From assembly GCA_030390025.1 (NCBI GenBank), contig CM059438.1, forward strand, positions 56,608,001-56,672,000: a stretch of DNA of 64,000 nucleotides, written 5' to 3'. Below, piece by piece: positions 63,750 to 64,000 of the stretch. The DNA is from Squalus acanthias. Lineage: Eukaryota. The position numbers and the translations under genes are program-made. The notes beneath the pieces are model-generated. The model saw only the letters and a list, made by a program, of their open reading frames with translations, ran no database searches and was not told the DNA's origin. Positions within the stretch are counted from its first letter, which is position 1, and every line of letters starts with the position of its first letter.

Positions 63750-63860
63750 AAAAAGAACTTGCATTTCTACAGCGCCTTTTAAAACCTCAGGACTCCCAAA
63801 GTGCTTTACAGTCAATGAAGTACTTTTGAAATGTAGTTACTATTGCACTGTAGGGAAATT
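63750..63860 (-). mobile_element. DeuSINE tail fragment
   Basis: aaagaacttgcatttctacagcgccttt...aagtacttttgaa is the reverse complement of the SINE tail. Confidence 0.65.
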
Positions 63861-63869
63861 GTAATTTGT

Positions 63870-64000
63870 TCTGAAGATGTGGGTGATGCCTACAAGGCCA
63901 CATTTATTGCCCACCCCTAGTTGACCTGAGGTGGTGGTGAGTCTTCTCCACGAATCACTGCAGTCCTTGTGAAAATGATGCCCCCAGAATTCCAGGACAT
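63870..64000 (-). mobile_element. 3' end of Zenon/Crack-like LINE
   Basis: Similar to 39730-39880. Confidence 0.6.

Noticed and set aside
55170..64000. Tubulin exon 1 (MREI...)
   Set aside because: No minus-strand match found by eye; presumed beyond the window.

Overview
Vertebrate genomic DNA, very probably a cartilaginous fish (HE1/V-SINE, SacSINE1/AmnSINE1-like and CR1 repeat content). The only host gene is a divergent beta-tubulin on the minus strand: exons 2 (55061-55169), 3 (44020-44130) and 4 (CDS 16663-17720) have the canonical 109-bp/111-bp sizes and GT-AG sites, exon 1 lies beyond the window, and the introns are very large (26.3 kb, 10.9 kb, >8.8 kb). Most of the rest is nested mobile DNA: several CR1 families (one full length), RTE-BovB, a Zenon/Crack-like CR1-group LINE, L2, Tx1, SINEs, MITEs, a fossil two-gene PIF/Harbinger transposon, Penelope-like pieces carrying minimal hammerhead ribozymes (two as long hairpins), and a young Gypsy LTR element (58327-62795). 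The best leads are the Gypsy element's apparent tRNA-independent self-priming site and duplicated PPT/U3, the co-varying hammerheads and 504-bp perfect palindrome, a twin-primed RTE, and unusual substitutions in the tubulin. Repeat family names come from motif recognition and recalled consensus sequences, not database searches; edges of degraded repeats are approximate.
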